Shown here in pieces: positions 63,714 to 64,000 of a DNA stretch of 64,000 bases. The first letter of the stretch is position 1; each line of letters starts with the position of its first letter. A program made the translations under genes and the position numbers. Source of the DNA: a virus (taxonomy: Duplodnaviria; Heunggongvirae; Uroviricota; Caudoviricetes); IMG/VR virus record IMGVR_UViG_3300019935_000001, positions 36,145-100,144 of that record; one strand, 5' to 3'. The notes below the pieces were generated by a model. The model saw only the letters and a list, made by a program, of their open reading frames with translations, searched no databases and was not told the DNA's origin.

Positions 63714-64000
63714 ATGACTGAGCAGAAAGTAGCTGAAGCCGTCGATCTGCCAATCGAATGGTGGGACATCGACCGGCTGAAGCCATACACCAAAAACGCC
63801 AAGAACCACCCGAAGAAGCAGGTTCAGCAACTGGCCAATTCGATGCGCGAGTTTGGCTTTGCTGCCAACAAAGCAATCGAGGTGGAGCCGGATGGCACGA
63901 TCATCAACGGCCACGGCCGCCGTCTGGGTGCATACGAAGCTGAGCTGAAGAAGGTGCCAATCGTCGTGCGCTCCGATCTGACTCCAACTCAGATTAAGGC
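63714..64000 (+). CDS. Second ParB-like N-terminal domain protein, partial (runs off window end)
   Basis: ..IDRLKPYTKNAKNHPKKQVQQLANSMREFGFAANKAIEVEPDGTIINGHGRRLGAYEA..VPIVV is typical of the ParB/KorB N-terminal domain, which is often fused to DNA methyltransferases. The C-terminus is not visible. Confidence 0.5.
   Translation, partial: MTEQKVAEAVDLPIEWWDIDRLKPYTKNAKNHPKKQVQQLANSMREFGFAANKAIEVEPDGTIINGHGRRLGAYEAELKKVPIVVRSDLTPTQIK

Overview
This 64-kb window reads as one segment of a phage-plasmid, not an ordinary bacterial chromosome region. No tRNA, rRNA or CRISPR array was found, and no virion structural genes lie in the window.

**Plasmid maintenance functions**
- An iteron-type replication initiator (175-1305, minus strand) with iterons inside the gene and a GTCGCG inverted repeat just upstream.
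- A type-Ia parA/parB partition operon with five copies of a 22-bp palindromic centromere-like site.
- A PemI/PemK toxin-antitoxin pair and a KfrA-like protein.
- A small serine recombinase (resolvase/invertase).

**Phage-type DNA metabolism**
- DnaE-like PolIII alpha carrying a C-terminal UDG-superfamily-like domain, and a DnaQ-like proofreading exonuclease.
- gp32-like SSB, a FEN/5'-3' exonuclease, a RecA/UvsX-like recombinase, SbcD/SbcC (gp47/gp46-like), a RuvC-like resolvase and an SF2 helicase.
- nrdA/nrdB, thyA, a DHFR gene, a MazG-like pyrophosphatase, a P-loop kinase and a glutaredoxin.
- A CobT-like VWA protein paired with a CobS-like MoxR AAA ATPase.
- From memory, this gene combination resembles the SSU5/pHCM2 family of phage-plasmids; this is an inference, not a search result.

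**Accessory content**
- An IS256-family insertion sequence with an adjacent AT-rich orphan gene.
- A Panacea-domain protein paired with a small membrane protein (candidate PanA/PanT toxin-antitoxin).
- A secreted endonuclease I.
- A three-gene module (53593-56185) combining a DGQHR/DndB-like ParB-Srx-fold protein, a small protein and an AAA_21-type ABC ATPase whose Walker-B glutamate is replaced by glycine. No Dnd/Ssp/Dpd modification genes are visible nearby. This is the strongest candidate for an undescribed defence or accessory system.

**Genome-wide signals**
- A roughly 22-bp partially palindromic element (TATAAGTCAG-N2-CTGACTTATA and variants) sits upstream of at least 15 transcription units.
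- A highly conserved translation/transcription initiation region (ACACACATAGAGAC-N5-9-ATGAC) means most genes begin Met-Thr.
- Several structured non-coding islands stand out: a tandem ATAGAG array at 47.4-47.8 kb, a GC-rich island with twin GGTGCA hairpins at 49.7-50.2 kb, and a G-rich repeat island at 51.4-51.8 kb.
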